Assembly: GCA_965248255.1 (NCBI GenBank)
Contig: CBDFIW010000003.1
Location: forward strand, 545,239 to 609,238
Direction: 5' to 3'
From: Bryobacterales bacterium
Lineage (GTDB): Bacteria; Acidobacteriota; Terriglobia; Bryobacterales; UBA6623
Length of the DNA: 64,000 nucleotides
Under the pieces are notes generated by a model. The model was not told where the DNA came from. It did not search any database and saw nothing but the letters and a program-made list of their open reading frames with translations. Both the position numbers and the translations under genes were made by a program. The first letter of the stretch is position 1. Each line of letters opens with the position of its first letter. Below, piece by piece: positions 38,111 through 49,500 of this stretch.

Positions 38111-39877
38111 TTGAAGAACCTTCGTGATTCGAACCTGCTTGCGGTGCTGACGCTGCTGGCCGCCTATGGCGTCAGTGCTTACCTGTCCTTTGGCGTCACG
38201 CAGATCGACGTCGACATCGGGCGCGACTTCGTCGTCGCCGACCTGATGCTGCAAGGCAGGGTGCTGTACCGGGACATTGAATACTGGTTTGGACCGTTTG
38301 CGCCGGCGCTTCACTATCAACTGTTTCGAATCTTCGGACCGTCCGTCGAGGTCATCTTCAGCGCCGGGATCGTGGCCGGCTTGGCGATCGTGCTTCTGAG
38401 CTATGCTCTCGGCCGGCGCGTTCTCGGCACTTGGCCGGCCTGCATCGGCGGGCTGATCGTTCTGACCCACGCGGTGTTCGGCGGATCGATCTTCAACTAC
38501 GCTACGCCCTACACCTACTCGGCGACGTATGGACTTTTGTTCGCCCTTCTCGCCCTGTACACATCCTTGCGTGCGGTGGACGACGCATCGCCGCGGTGGC
38601 TTGCTCTCGCCGGGAGCGCCGCCGCCGTCGCCTTCACATGTAAGCAGGAGTATGCCTTGATCGCCGCCGGCACGGTGTCAGTCGCACTGGCGCTTCTTTG
38701 GGTCGAAGACCGCCGCAAAGCGCCGCGTGCTCTCGCCGAAGCCATGCTGGGCTTCGGGGCGGTGGCGGCGGCCGCCGGCGCCACCCTGTTGCGAACTGTG
38801 ACCTGGCGCGAGTTCGTTGCCAACTACTATCCCCGCGACTCCATCGCGGCGCTGGCGCACTTCTACCGAAACATGCAGGGCTGGGGCGATACGGCTCCAT
38901 CGTTTTTGCTCGACGCGCACATTGTGCTGCTGCTGAACCTAGGGTTCATCCTGGCCGCTGCGTCGCTGCTGGGCCTGGGGACGAACTACCTGCGCGGCGT
39001 ACGGCCCCGTGGTGGGAGAGTGCTGATGGTTCTGGCGGTCGGGGCTCCGCTGCTATGGATGCGGGGGTATTTGTGGAGCTATCCGGCTACCATCGCCCTG
39101 GTTGTGTTGGTGGTCGCCTGCAAGCAGCAGCACTTGGCCAACCGAACGCAAGTCCTGTTACTGGCCGTCGCCGCAGTACTCTTCGGATGGAGGGTACTGC
39201 CCAACCCCGACATACGCTTCTACGCGCTGCTCTATTTCATTCCTACTTTGCTGGTGTATCTATACCTGCTTTTCGAGATCATTGTGCCGCGACTTGAGCG
39301 CTGGGCCGGCGGACGAGGCTGGAACAAAGCACTGGCTGTCGTGCTCACCGCGTGCTTCGTCGCCTATCACTTCTTCCAAACGAACATCCGCATACTCCGA
39401 TCATCCGTGCCGCTCGTCACCGAACGGGGGACGGTCCACATCCCCGCCGATCGCCTCGAGGTGACACGGATCGTTCTCGATGAGATCCGCCGCCGCACGC
39501 AGGAGGGCGACCCCATCCTGCTCATCCCCGGCAATACCATGTATTATTTCCTGACCAAGCGCCAACCCGCCTCGCGCTACCTCGACCACATCTACGCCAC
39601 GGTGATCGATGGTCAGCCGGAGGCGGCGGAGGTCCGTGCGCTGACGGCTCGGCCGCCAAGCCTGATCCCGATCTTCCCCCTGGGCAGTTCCATCTACATC
39701 CCCGGTGAAGAAGAAGCGCTGTTTGGTGAAGCCTACAACCGGCGCGTTTACAGCTGGATCAAAGAGCACTACGAAGAGGCGGCCGGCGTGCCGGAGCGAA
39801 TACGGCACATCAGGGTGCTCGTGCCGCAGGGCCGTGATTCCGTGGGAGCACCGGCAGCCGAGCTTGAACGCCGGTGA
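38111..39877 (+). CDS. GT-C fold (ArnT/PMT-like) integral-membrane glycosyltransferase (start uncertain)
   Basis: DIGRDF..ADLMLQGRVLYRDIEYWFGP loop, more than ten TM helices, CKQE motif and a C-terminal soluble domain. Confidence 0.75.
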   Translation: MKNLRDSNLLAVLTLLAAYGVSAYLSFGVTQIDVDIGRDFVVADLMLQGRVLYRDIEYWFGPFAPALHYQLFRIFGPSVEVIFSAGIVAGLAIVLLSYALGRRVLGTWPACIGGLIVLTHAVFGGSIFNYATPYTYSATYGLLFALLALYTSLRAVDDASPRWLALAGSAAAVAFTCKQEYALIAAGTVSVALALLWVEDRRKAPRALAEAMLGFGAVAAAAGATLLRTVTWREFVANYYPRDSIAALAHFYRNMQGWGDTAPSFLLDAHIVLLLNLGFILAAASLLGLGTNYLRGVRPRGGRVLMVLAVGAPLLWMRGYLWSYPATIALVVLVVACKQQHLANRTQVLLLAVAAVLFGWRVLPNPDIRFYALLYFIPTLLVYLYLLFEIIVPRLERWAGGRGWNKALAVVLTACFVAYHFFQTNIRILRSSVPLVTERGTVHIPADRLEVTRIVLDEIRRRTQEGDPILLIPGNTMYYFLTKRQPASRYLDHIYATVIDGQPEAAEVRALTARPPSLIPIFPLGSSIYIPGEEEALFGEAYNRRVYSWIKEHYEEAAGVPERIRHIRVLVPQGRDSVGAPAAELERR

Positions 39878-39985
39878 CGGGTCCCGACGTCCAATGACTC
39901 TGGATGGCTGAACCTGTTACTCTCGTGCCGGCTCGGCTCGTTCACTGCCACTGCTCAACAAGAAATGGTATACAGAATGCACACC

Positions 39986-40855
39986 ATGCGTCACGAACGA
40001 AACCAGCGACTGTTTTGGTTGGCTATCACAACGTTGTTGATAGCGGCGACGCCTGCCGATGTGAAAGCCGCCGGCACCCACCCCGCCCAAGTCGTCAAGG
40101 TGGAGGACCTGACCCACGATGTGAAACGCATTCGCTTCAAGGCGCAGGAGCCGGGGCGCTTCCGCTTCAACGCCGGTCAGTTCGTCCCCCTCCATCTGCC
40201 TGAGAGCTACCTGGCTGAGTTCAACCGGCGTCACGGTACGTCACACAAAGACGTTGCACGGCCTTATTCATTCGCCTCGAGCCCGAGCGAACTGCCCTAC
40301 TTCGATTTGATCATCAAACACTACCGTGCCCCGCGCGGCAAAGACGTCCCACCGGGGCTCGCGTCAACCTACGTCCACACGAAATTGACACCCGGCACAG
40401 CAGTCACGTTCAGTGACCCCATCGGGAGCCTCTACCTTGGCGGCGACTCGACGGACCCGATCATCTGTGTGGCGGGCGGCGTGGGGGTCAGCCCGTTTGT
40501 CGGCCTACTCAAGTACTGGTTTGATCAAGGGCTCAACGAGAAGCGGAAGGTCTACCTCTATTTCGGTGTCCGGTCGAAGCGCGACCTTCTGCTCGACAGC
40601 GAGTTCAAGCAGTGGGCCCGGACGAAGAAACAGTTTGCATACGTTGCCGCGCTGTCGCGCCCGGAAGAGTCGGACCAGTGGACCGGCGAGACCGGCTACA
40701 TCAACCTCGTGCTGGACAAGCATTTCGAAGCCCCGCTCGCGGCGGACGTCTACATCGCCGGCTCACCCATCATGCTGCGCGAGACCGTGAAGGTACTCAC
40801 AGCCAAGGGACTCACTGACAGTCGCATCCACCACGACCCCATCGAAGTGAAGTAA
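39986..40855 (+). CDS. Ferredoxin-NADP-reductase-fold FAD oxidoreductase (NqrF-C-terminal-like) with predicted signal peptide
   Basis: RPYSFAS, VPPGLASTY, AGGVGVSPF, YFGVRS and WTGETGYI. No 2Fe-2S domain. N-terminus LFWLAITTLLIAATPADVKA. Confidence 0.8.
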   Translation: MRHERNQRLFWLAITTLLIAATPADVKAAGTHPAQVVKVEDLTHDVKRIRFKAQEPGRFRFNAGQFVPLHLPESYLAEFNRRHGTSHKDVARPYSFASSPSELPYFDLIIKHYRAPRGKDVPPGLASTYVHTKLTPGTAVTFSDPIGSLYLGGDSTDPIICVAGGVGVSPFVGLLKYWFDQGLNEKRKVYLYFGVRSKRDLLLDSEFKQWARTKKQFAYVAALSRPEESDQWTGETGYINLVLDKHFEAPLAADVYIAGSPIMLRETVKVLTAKGLTDSRIHHDPIEVK

Positions 40856-40969
40856 GCCGCGCCGCGCCGCGCCGGCATTGCAACGGCCGCGTTGATACTA
40901 CACTGTGTGAGGCGTGACGGCCGGCTGTGAAGTCGAGCCGCCGGCCCTCGCCGACGAGGAAGGGTTCCC

Positions 40970-42646
40970 ATGATCCGACGTGACTTTGTGAAGACCAGCT
41001 TGGCCGCGGGCGTGCTCGGTTCGGCCGCCGGGTCGAGCGCGACGCCCGCGACCACCGGCGGCGGCGGCAAACCGCGCATGATGTTCTACCACGACGGCCG
41101 CCACCCGTTGATCTACATGTACGAGCCGCCCATGCAGAAGGAGGAGTACGAAGCCGCTGTGGACGAACTCGTCGGCACGCCGGTCGATGCCCTGATGTTC
41201 TGCCTCGGCGACGGCCGCACCGTGCTGCACGACACCCAGGTCGGCGAACTGTGGGGGCACAACGTAAAGAAATGGCCCCATCTCATCTTCCGCCGGGCCC
41301 ACCAGAACGCCAAACATCTGATCGAGCAGGGTCACGACCCGCTGCGCATCGTCTGCGACCGCGCTCACGCCAAGGGGATGTTGCTCTATCCGACTCTGCT
41401 CGTCCAGCAGGGCCTGCGCGACCGCTCCGCTGATGTGCGCGCGTCCGAGTTCCGGTTTAACAACCGGCACCTCGAGATCGGCGCCCGAGGGGACATCGAC
41501 ACGAACCATCCCTGCGCCACTTGCCTTGACTTCAAACACGACGAGGTCCGCGACGAGCGCTTCGTCCTGATCGAAGAGACGCTGCGAAACTACCCGCTTG
41601 ACGGATTCGAGCTGCAGCTCAACTATCAGCCGTATTACTTTCATCCTAAAGAGGTTGAGGCCGGTCGTGACATCATGACCTCCTGGATCCGGCGCGTCCA
41701 CCGGGCCGTGAAAGCGAGTCGTGCCGAGTGCGAGCTAGTGCTTCGCATTCCAGCGGATATTGAGGGCTGCTACAGCGTCGGGCTCGACGTGCGCGAGTGG
41801 ATACAACAAGGGCTGGTGGACGTCGTGGTCGGCCAGAACTTCGGCGGCCCCGAGCTGCACGACCAGACATCGGACCTGCGGCCGCTACTGGAAGCCGCCG
41901 AGGGTTCAGGGTGCCGTGTCCACGCAACCCTGCAAGCCCTGGTCGATTCCGATCGGCTGAACCAAGCGACCATCGAGATGATGCGCGCGGCGGCGGGCAA
42001 CTATTGGACACAGGGGGTGGACGGTTTTTATCTAGCTCACTGGTTCGGCTATTGGCCTTACCAAGCCCCGTTTTACGAAACCTTGCGGGAGCTGCCGCAC
42101 CTCGAGGTTATGGCGCCGAGGGACAAATCCTACTACCTGCCCACCGTGACCGGTCGCTACAGGAATCCGCGCCTCGAGCCGGGCTGCGAGATGCAGTTGC
42201 CCGCCGACCTTCACGCTGGGAGTCCGGTCCAGCTCAACCTGACGATCAACGACGACCTGCCGCGATGGCACAAAGTCGGGCGGGTGCACGAAGTCCTGCT
42301 GCGCCTGCGTGTGATGAATACCACTGAGCTGGACGACCTGACGTTCCGGCTCAATGGCAGAGAGCTTCCCGATTCCTCCCTCCGCACACTTAACGAGATG
42401 TACCGCATGAGCCAGCCGCGCTATCGCCCGGGCTCTGGGTACTGGTTCATCTACAAGCTCGGCCCCGGCGACTGGCCGGTCGAAGGAAAGAATGCTCTCG
42501 AGGTCACATTGAATAAGCGGGACCCGGACGCGCTTCCTCAAGTCTTCCTGCGCGACGTCGAGTTGGAAATCAAATACCTGCTGGGTCACAACTTCCACCG
42601 AGGCCAAGATGCGGACTTGGGACCGACCGGTCCCCGATCGTTCTAG
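40970..42646 (+). CDS. Tat-exported hypothetical protein, glycoside-hydrolase-like TIM barrel (GHL10/DUF187-like)
   Basis: MIRRDFVKTS leader, CDRAHAKGM, LDFKHDEVR and YPLDGFELQL. Confidence 0.65.
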   Translation: MIRRDFVKTSLAAGVLGSAAGSSATPATTGGGGKPRMMFYHDGRHPLIYMYEPPMQKEEYEAAVDELVGTPVDALMFCLGDGRTVLHDTQVGELWGHNVKKWPHLIFRRAHQNAKHLIEQGHDPLRIVCDRAHAKGMLLYPTLLVQQGLRDRSADVRASEFRFNNRHLEIGARGDIDTNHPCATCLDFKHDEVRDERFVLIEETLRNYPLDGFELQLNYQPYYFHPKEVEAGRDIMTSWIRRVHRAVKASRAECELVLRIPADIEGCYSVGLDVREWIQQGLVDVVVGQNFGGPELHDQTSDLRPLLEAAEGSGCRVHATLQALVDSDRLNQATIEMMRAAAGNYWTQGVDGFYLAHWFGYWPYQAPFYETLRELPHLEVMAPRDKSYYLPTVTGRYRNPRLEPGCEMQLPADLHAGSPVQLNLTINDDLPRWHKVGRVHEVLLRLRVMNTTELDDLTFRLNGRELPDSSLRTLNEMYRMSQPRYRPGSGYWFIYKLGPGDWPVEGKNALEVTLNKRDPDALPQVFLRDVELEIKYLLGHNFHRGQDADLGPTGPRSF

Positions 42647-42817
42647 CGGTCTGGGCGAGACACCCCGCGACGGCCGACGCGCGATCCAGAGCCGCACGCG
42701 TCGTTCCCGTTGGGCCCCTACCAGCCCACCTCGCGGCTGCTCCGTATTGGTGAAACCGGGACACTCTACAATGGAGTAACTCTCGAAGCTGGTTGGTGGT
42801 CGAGCATCCCGGAACCC

Positions 42818-44023
42818 ATGCAATACGACTTCCTCATCGTCGGCGGTGGAGTGGCCGGGAGTGTCCTCGGCGGCTTGCTCGGGCGACAGGGGAAGAAGGT
42901 CCTTGTCCTCGAGAAGGCGCTCGAAGCTCCCAGATTGGTCCGCCCTGAGATCGTTTGGCCGGCGACGACCAGGGTCCTCGGCCTGTTGATTCCTCGAGCG
43001 CGGCTTGCAGCGGACGTACTCCTTCGCCTGGGAAGCGTGGAGGTACGGGGTGGGAACCGTGAGTCGCTTCTGCTTTCACACGATCTGCTCCTGAGAGCCG
43101 ACATCGAACGCTGGTCTCTCGAACCCAACGAGTTGCGGGAACAACTGCTCAACGCCGACACCTTTGAGCTTCGGCGTGGATTCGAAGTCACCGGCATCCT
43201 CAAGGAGAACGAGAGAGTGGTCGGAGTACGCGGCCGTGAGGCAAACACGTCGGAGGAACACGAGTTCCTAGCGCTGCACACGGTAGGCAACGACGGAGCC
43301 CGTTCGTTTGTTCGACGGGAATGCGGCTTGGCCATGCGAACACGGATGTTCCCCTTGGATTTCCTTTGCTTCGGCTTCTCGTGGCCGTCGAATTTTGCAG
43401 GGCCGACAACCAAGGTATGGCTCAACACGGCGGCCCTCGACTCGGGCATTCTCGCGATGTTTGCGGTGCCGCTTCCCCACGGCAAGGGTGCCGGCCTGAT
43501 TGCCGTGCGCCCATGGATCTTTGACAGTCCCAGTGAAACTCAACAAGGATGGAATCGCTTCTGCGCCATCGACGACGGGATGATGGACGTCATGGGCCAC
43601 CGCCGGCTCCCTGACGATCTCACACGGATTCGCCGCCCCTGGGGACACGCCACCCGCTATGGCCGCGACGGAGTAGTCCTCATGGGTGACGCCGCTCACC
43701 CCGTCAGTCCTGTCGGTGGGCAGGGCACCAACATGGCGGTCGCGGACGCCGCCACGTTTGCGGACCTGGCCGCAGGAAACGTGTCTAATCTGCTGGGAGA
43801 GTACGAGCAACGCAGAAGGCCCGCGAACAGGCGTTCGCTTCGCTTCACGCGAAACGCTGCGCATCTGCTGCAGCTACCCGGCTACTGCCTGCCCGGCTTT
43901 GCGCTACATGGCGCCTTCCGATGGATGTGCCGGCATCCATCGACTCTCATTAACATGATCCAGTATGCCTCGACCGCGTTCGAGGCGAACACCGAAAGGC
44001 TGTCGCCCGATTCCGTGGCGTGA
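42818..44023 (+). CDS. FAD-dependent monooxygenase (UbiH/PHBH-like)
   Basis: YDFLIVGGGVAG, VGNDGARSFVR and GDAAHPVSPVGGQGTNMAVADA. Confidence 0.88.
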   Translation: MQYDFLIVGGGVAGSVLGGLLGRQGKKVLVLEKALEAPRLVRPEIVWPATTRVLGLLIPRARLAADVLLRLGSVEVRGGNRESLLLSHDLLLRADIERWSLEPNELREQLLNADTFELRRGFEVTGILKENERVVGVRGREANTSEEHEFLALHTVGNDGARSFVRRECGLAMRTRMFPLDFLCFGFSWPSNFAGPTTKVWLNTAALDSGILAMFAVPLPHGKGAGLIAVRPWIFDSPSETQQGWNRFCAIDDGMMDVMGHRRLPDDLTRIRRPWGHATRYGRDGVVLMGDAAHPVSPVGGQGTNMAVADAATFADLAAGNVSNLLGEYEQRRRPANRRSLRFTRNAAHLLQLPGYCLPGFALHGAFRWMCRHPSTLINMIQYASTAFEANTERLSPDSVA

Positions 44024-44871
44024 TGGGATCGTTCCCGAGCGGTTTAGGTCCTCACTTGCCCGAAGAGCATGCCATTAGCGCCCCACCGGCGCTTGTCGCC
44101 CTACTTGGCTCCAGCAATCTCACGATCGCGTTGCCCCATGCCGTGAATCATCTGCTGTCACGGCTGGGCGGTAGGGCGATCACAGTGTTTGTCGCCCACG
44201 GTCCCGGCCGATCTTACGGAGTTGACACCGGTAGCCTTGGCATCAAGTTCCGAGCTCTATCGCAATGCGATTTGCCCGCTGCATTCGAACAAGCAAAGAG
44301 AGGCAGCCCGTCCGCCGATGCCAGGGTCCTCCTCACAGATATCGGAAATGACATCATGCACGGGGCCGGCGCAAAGCATCTCACGTCTCTAATCCGGGGA
44401 ATCATCCAACGACTGGGCAGCCCGGGCACCGCCGTCGCTGTCACCTCGCTTCCGGCGGAGGGTCTGGCCTCGATTCCACCATGGAAGTACCGCCTGGCGC
44501 GGAGCCTCATCTATCCCACCAGCCGCGCGCCGCAACAACTTGTGCTGTCGCACGTCCACGCGATCCAGAGGGACCTGCAAGAGATGGAATCGCAGGGCAA
44601 GCTTCAGTTGCTCGGGGCACGCCGCGAATGGTACGCGGCCGACGGATGCCACCTGCGCTTGAGCAAGAGCCGCGAAGCCATGGCGGAGTGGCTTGATCTG
44701 CTCCTCGGAATCGACCCGTCCGCTCCCAATCCGGAAGCAGGCTTCCAAGCCCCAGCGAAGGAATCGCTCTACTTTCACTGTCCTCCCGAGTATCAACTCT
44801 TTGGCAACCCACGCAAACATCAGTGCAGGCCCTTTGCCATCGCACCCCGGGCCACGGTGCGCAGTTTTTAG
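44023..44871 (+). CDS. SGNH-hydrolase-like hypothetical protein
   Basis: LLGSSNLT, GPGRSYG, LTDIGND and DGCH motifs; TGATG overlap with the monooxygenase. Confidence 0.55.
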   Translation: MGSFPSGLGPHLPEEHAISAPPALVALLGSSNLTIALPHAVNHLLSRLGGRAITVFVAHGPGRSYGVDTGSLGIKFRALSQCDLPAAFEQAKRGSPSADARVLLTDIGNDIMHGAGAKHLTSLIRGIIQRLGSPGTAVAVTSLPAEGLASIPPWKYRLARSLIYPTSRAPQQLVLSHVHAIQRDLQEMESQGKLQLLGARREWYAADGCHLRLSKSREAMAEWLDLLLGIDPSAPNPEAGFQAPAKESLYFHCPPEYQLFGNPRKHQCRPFAIAPRATVRSF

Positions 44872-44978
44872 AGGACCAATCGCAGCCGGCTCGCCACCGA
44901 GCAGACGTCGAATAAACACACCTCGACCGACGACAAACGGGCCTAGCTCACCAGACAACCTCCCTGGAGTGATTCTTG

Positions 44979-46442
44979 TCAGGACAACGGTAGATCACTG
45001 TCGCCCATGAGGTAGAGGTCGATAGCGCGAGCGGCTTTACGGCCTTCAGCGAGGGCCCAGACGACCAGTGACTGGCCGCGGCGCGCATCGCCGGCCGCGA
45101 AGACGCCAGGGATTGACGTGGCCTGCTCGCCGTACTCGGCCTTCACATTGCCGCTGCGATTTTTGTCGACGGCGAGCTGATCGAGCAGGCCCTCTTGCAC
45201 CGGGTGCAGGAAGCCCATCGCCAGCAGGACCAGGTCAGCCGGGAACTCGAACTCCGATCCGGAGCTCTCCTCAAACTGGGACGGGCGCTTGCCGGTTTCG
45301 GGATCAGGGTCCGGCCACTCGAGACGAACGCCACGCAGGGCTCGAACGCGACCCTTCTCACCGATGAACTCCTTGGTGTTGACCGCCCAGTCGCGCACGT
45401 CGCCCTCTTGATGAGAGCTCTCGGCCTGGAAAGTAAACGGCCACAGCGGCCAGGGCTGCCCGCCGGGCTCGTCGCGCGTGATGGGTGGCTTGGGCAGCAG
45501 CTCGAACTGGCGGATCGACTTGGCCCCCTGGCGGCGTGACGTGCCCAGACAGTCGGCGCCCGTGTCGCCGCCGCCGATGATGATGACGTGCCTATCCTTG
45601 GCGGTGATGTCAAAGTTGGGGTCGACGGGTCGTCCACCGAGGCGGCGATTCTGCTGCGGCAAGAAGTCCATGGCGAAGTCGATGCCTTCGAGGTCGCGTC
45701 CGGGGATGGGCAGGTCGCGGGGCTGCTCGGCACCGGTGGCGATCAACAGAGCATCGTATTCGTCCTTGAGGTCGTTGGCGTCGATGTCGACGCCGATGTG
45801 GACGCCGGTCTTGAAGGTGACGCCCTCTTCCTGCATTTGCTGTACGCGTCGTTCGACCAGATGCTTCTCCATCTTGAAGTCGGGGATACCCAGGACCATC
45901 AAGCCGCCAATGACTTCGTTCTTCTCGTAGACCGTGACGTGGTGCCCGGCGCGGTTGAGCTGCTGTGCGGCGGCCATGCCCGCCGGACCGGAACCAATCA
46001 CCGCCACTTTCTTGCCGGTGCGCGTCGAGGGCGGTTCGGGGACGGTCCAGCCTTCGGCCCAACCGCGGTCGGCGATGGCTTTTTCGATGCTCTTGATGGT
46101 GACAGGGTCGTCGTTGATGCCGAGCACACAGGCGGCCTCGCACGGGGCGGGACAGATGCGGCCGGTGAATTCGGGGAAGTTGTTGGTGGAGTGGAGTTGG
46201 CGCAGCGCGTCCTGCCAGCGCCCGTGATAGACCAGGTCGTTCCAGTCGGGAATGATGTTGTTGAGCGGGCAGCCGGTATGGCAGAAGGGGATGCCGCAAT
46301 CCATGCAGCGCGCGCCTTGGACTTTGAGGGTTTCCTCTTGGGTCGGAGGGTAGACCTCGCGAAAGTCTTTGACGCGCTCTTCGACGGGACGGCCCTTGGG
46401 CGCCTCCCGGGTGTATTCCTTGAATCCGGTTACTTTGCCCAT
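44979..46442 (-). CDS. gltD: Glutamate synthase small subunit
   Basis: [39 protein letters not shown] and [10 protein letters not shown]. Confidence 0.97.
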   Translation of the reverse strand: MGKVTGFKEYTREAPKGRPVEERVKDFREVYPPTQEETLKVQGARCMDCGIPFCHTGCPLNNIIPDWNDLVYHGRWQDALRQLHSTNNFPEFTGRICPAPCEAACVLGINDDPVTIKSIEKAIADRGWAEGWTVPEPPSTRTGKKVAVIGSGPAGMAAAQQLNRAGHHVTVYEKNEVIGGLMVLGIPDFKMEKHLVERRVQQMQEEGVTFKTGVHIGVDIDANDLKDEYDALLIATGAEQPRDLPIPGRDLEGIDFAMDFLPQQNRRLGGRPVDPNFDITAKDRHVIIIGGGDTGADCLGTSRRQGAKSIRQFELLPKPPITRDEPGGQPWPLWPFTFQAESSHQEGDVRDWAVNTKEFIGEKGRVRALRGVRLEWPDPDPETGKRPSQFEESSGSEFEFPADLVLLAMGFLHPVQEGLLDQLAVDKNRSGNVKAEYGEQATSIPGVFAAGDARRGQSLVVWALAEGRKAARAIDLYLMGDSDLPLS

Positions 46443-46539
46443 GGACGCTACAACCACGCCGCCTCAGGTAGGCGGCATAGCCCCGGAAGGGGCGATACAT
46501 ACAGAGCCCGGGATCTGCTCTCGAAACCGCAGGCCACGC

Positions 46540-49500
46540 CTACGCCGATACTAACGACCTCTCCGCCTCGTAACGATCGGCCAAGGCCCGTTTCAACTCC
46601 TTCGGGAAGACCTTGATGAACTTCGGCAGCATCGACTCCCAATTCTCGAGCACCCACTGACCTTTCGGACTCTTGGTGTAGTCCACATGCCGCTCGATCA
46701 GATCCTTGACGAACGCTATGTCCTCCGGATCATCCAGCGGGTCCAGATCCACCATCGAATGGTTGCAAGCCTTCTCCGAGAAATCGCCCACCTCGTCAAG
46801 TACGTAGGCGAAACCACCGCTCATGCCGGCTCCGAAATTACGTCCCGCGGAGCCGAGAATCACCACCCGACCGTTCGTCATGTACTCGCAGCCGTGATCC
46901 CCCACGCCCTCGACGACCACGGTGGCTCCGCTGTTACGGATGCAGCAACGTTCACCCGCCATACCGTTGATGAACGCCTCACCGTCGGTAGCGCCGTAGA
47001 ACGTCACGTTGCCGATGATGATGTTCTCTTCAAAGACGAAGTTTGATCCCTTCTGCGGGAAGGCGATCAACCGCCCCCCGGAGAGCCCCTTGCCGAAGTA
47101 GTCGTTGGCGTCGCCCTCGATCGTCAGCGTCATCCCCGTCGACGCCCAGGCAGCGAAGCTCTGTCCCGCCGAGCCGGTGAAGTGGATCTTGATCGTGTCT
47201 TCGGGCAGGCCGTGCTTGCCGTACTTCCGCGCGATCTCGGCACTCAGCATCGTGCCGACCGTGCGGTTGATGTTGCGAATCGGCATCTTGAACTCGACGG
47301 GCTTCTTGTGTTCGAGCGCGTCCTGGCTCCACTCGATCAGGTTGTTGTCAAGTTGCTGCTCAATACCGTGCTCCTGCTTGCGTGTACAGTGGCGCGGGAC
47401 GCTCTTGTCCACGGGTGGATCAAAGAAAACACGGCTGAAGTCGAGCCCCTTCGCCTTCCAGTGGTCGACCGCCTTCTTCACGTCGAGCTTGTCGACCCGT
47501 CCAATCATCTCTTCGAGCTTGCGAAAACCCAGGTCCGCCATGATTTGCCGCACTTCTTCAGCGATGAAGAAGAAGAAACTGATCACGTTCTCGGGTTTGC
47601 CCTCGAACTTCCTGCGCAGCTCAGGGTCCTGCGTCGCGATGCCGACCGGACACGTATTCAAGTGGCATTTGCGCATCATAATGCAGCCCATCGACACCAA
47701 CGGCATGGTCGAGAAGCCAAACTCCTCAGCACCTAACAGCGCCCCGATCACCACGTCGCGGCCGGTCATCAACTTGCCGTCCACCTGCACTCTGATGCGG
47801 CTGCGCAGGTCGTTCATCACGAGCACTTGCTGGGTTTCCGAAAGTCCCAACTCCCACGGCGTGCCCGCGTGGCGTATCGAGCTCATCGGCGACGCGCCAG
47901 TGCCGCCGTCGTGCCCACTGATCAGTACCAGGTCAGCGTGGGCTTTCGACACGCCGGCGGCGACCGTGCCGACACCAACTTCCGAGACGAGCTTCACTGA
48001 TACGTTGGCACGGGTGTTCGAGTTCTTCAGATCGAAGATCAACTGCGCCAGATCCTCGATCGAATAGATGTCATGGTGCGGCGGCGGCGAGATTAGACCC
48101 ACGCCGGGTGTCGAGTGACGGAGCCGGGCGATGGTCTCATCGACCTTGTGGCCGGGGAGCTGGCCGCCCTCGCCGGGTTTCGCGCCCTGGGCGATCTTGA
48201 TCTGCAGCTCGTCGGCGTTGACGAGGTACTCCGCGGTCACACCGAAGCGCGCCGAGGCCACCTGTTTGATGGCGCTGCGGCGCCAGTCGCCGTTGGGGTC
48301 CTTCTTGAAGCGCGCCGGATCTTCGCCCCCTTCGCCGGTGTTCGAGCGCCCGCCGATGCGGTTCATTGCAATGGCCAGCGTCTCGTGCGCCTCGCGGCTG
48401 ATCGAACCGAACGACATGGCGCCCGTGCAAAAGCGTTTGACGATCTCCTTAGCCGGCTCGACCTCGTCGAGGGGTACGGGCTTCTCGGCCTTCTTGAACT
48501 CGAACAGGCCCCGGAGCGTGCACAGGGTCTTGCTCATGTCGTTGATAGTCGAGGTGAACTCCCCGAAAGTCTTGAAGCTCTGCCGCCGGACGGCGTGCTG
48601 TAGTTTCGAAACCGTTTCGGGATTTAGCAGGTGCTGTTCGCCCCGCAACCGGAACTGATACTCGCCGCCCACGTCCAACCGTGTCACCGCTCCGGTCACG
48701 TCTTGATACGCGAAGTCGTGACGCCGAAGCGACTCTTGCGCCAGCACGTCCAGCCCGACGCCCTCGATCTGCGACGCGGTACCGGCAAAGTAACGGTCGA
48801 CAATTGACCTGCTCAGACCGACGGCTTCGAAGATCTGGGCTCCGTGATAGCTCTTCACCGTCGAGATGCCCATCTTCGACATCACCTTGAGCACACCCTT
48901 GCGGATCGCCGCGACGTAGTTCTCGCTTGCTTCCGCGCGCGACAGGCTCGATGAGAGCAAACTCCGGCTCTCCATATCGCCGATCGTCTCGAACGCCAGG
49001 TAGGGATTGACCGCTGTCGCCCCGTAGCCGATCAGCAAGCAGAAATGCATCACCTCGCGGGGCTCACCGGACTCGACGATGATGCCGACCCGGCCACGCG
49101 TCGTGGCGCGAATCAAGTGATGGTGGACCGCCGCCAACGCCAGTAGGCTGGGAATCGGCGCCATCTCGCGATCTACTCCCCTGTCCGACAGGATCAGCAC
49201 GCTATAGCCCAACCGGGATGCCTCCTCCGCCTGCTCGCAAAGGCGGTCGAGGGCATTCTGAAGACCTTCGGCCCCGTCTCTGGCCGGAAACAGCGTGTCG
49301 AGGGTTTTCGCGCCGAAGCGTATGCGGCCGCCGTGCCCGTCGAGAGCACCCTCGCCATTGCCATACTCCGCCGAGCCCGGCTCGCCGACCCCGCGAAGCT
49401 TTTCGAGTTCGTGGTCCGTGAGGATAGGCAGGGGCAGCTTCAAGGCGTGTGCGTGCTCGGGAGACTCATCAAGAAGGTTTCCCTCTGCACCGACATGGAC

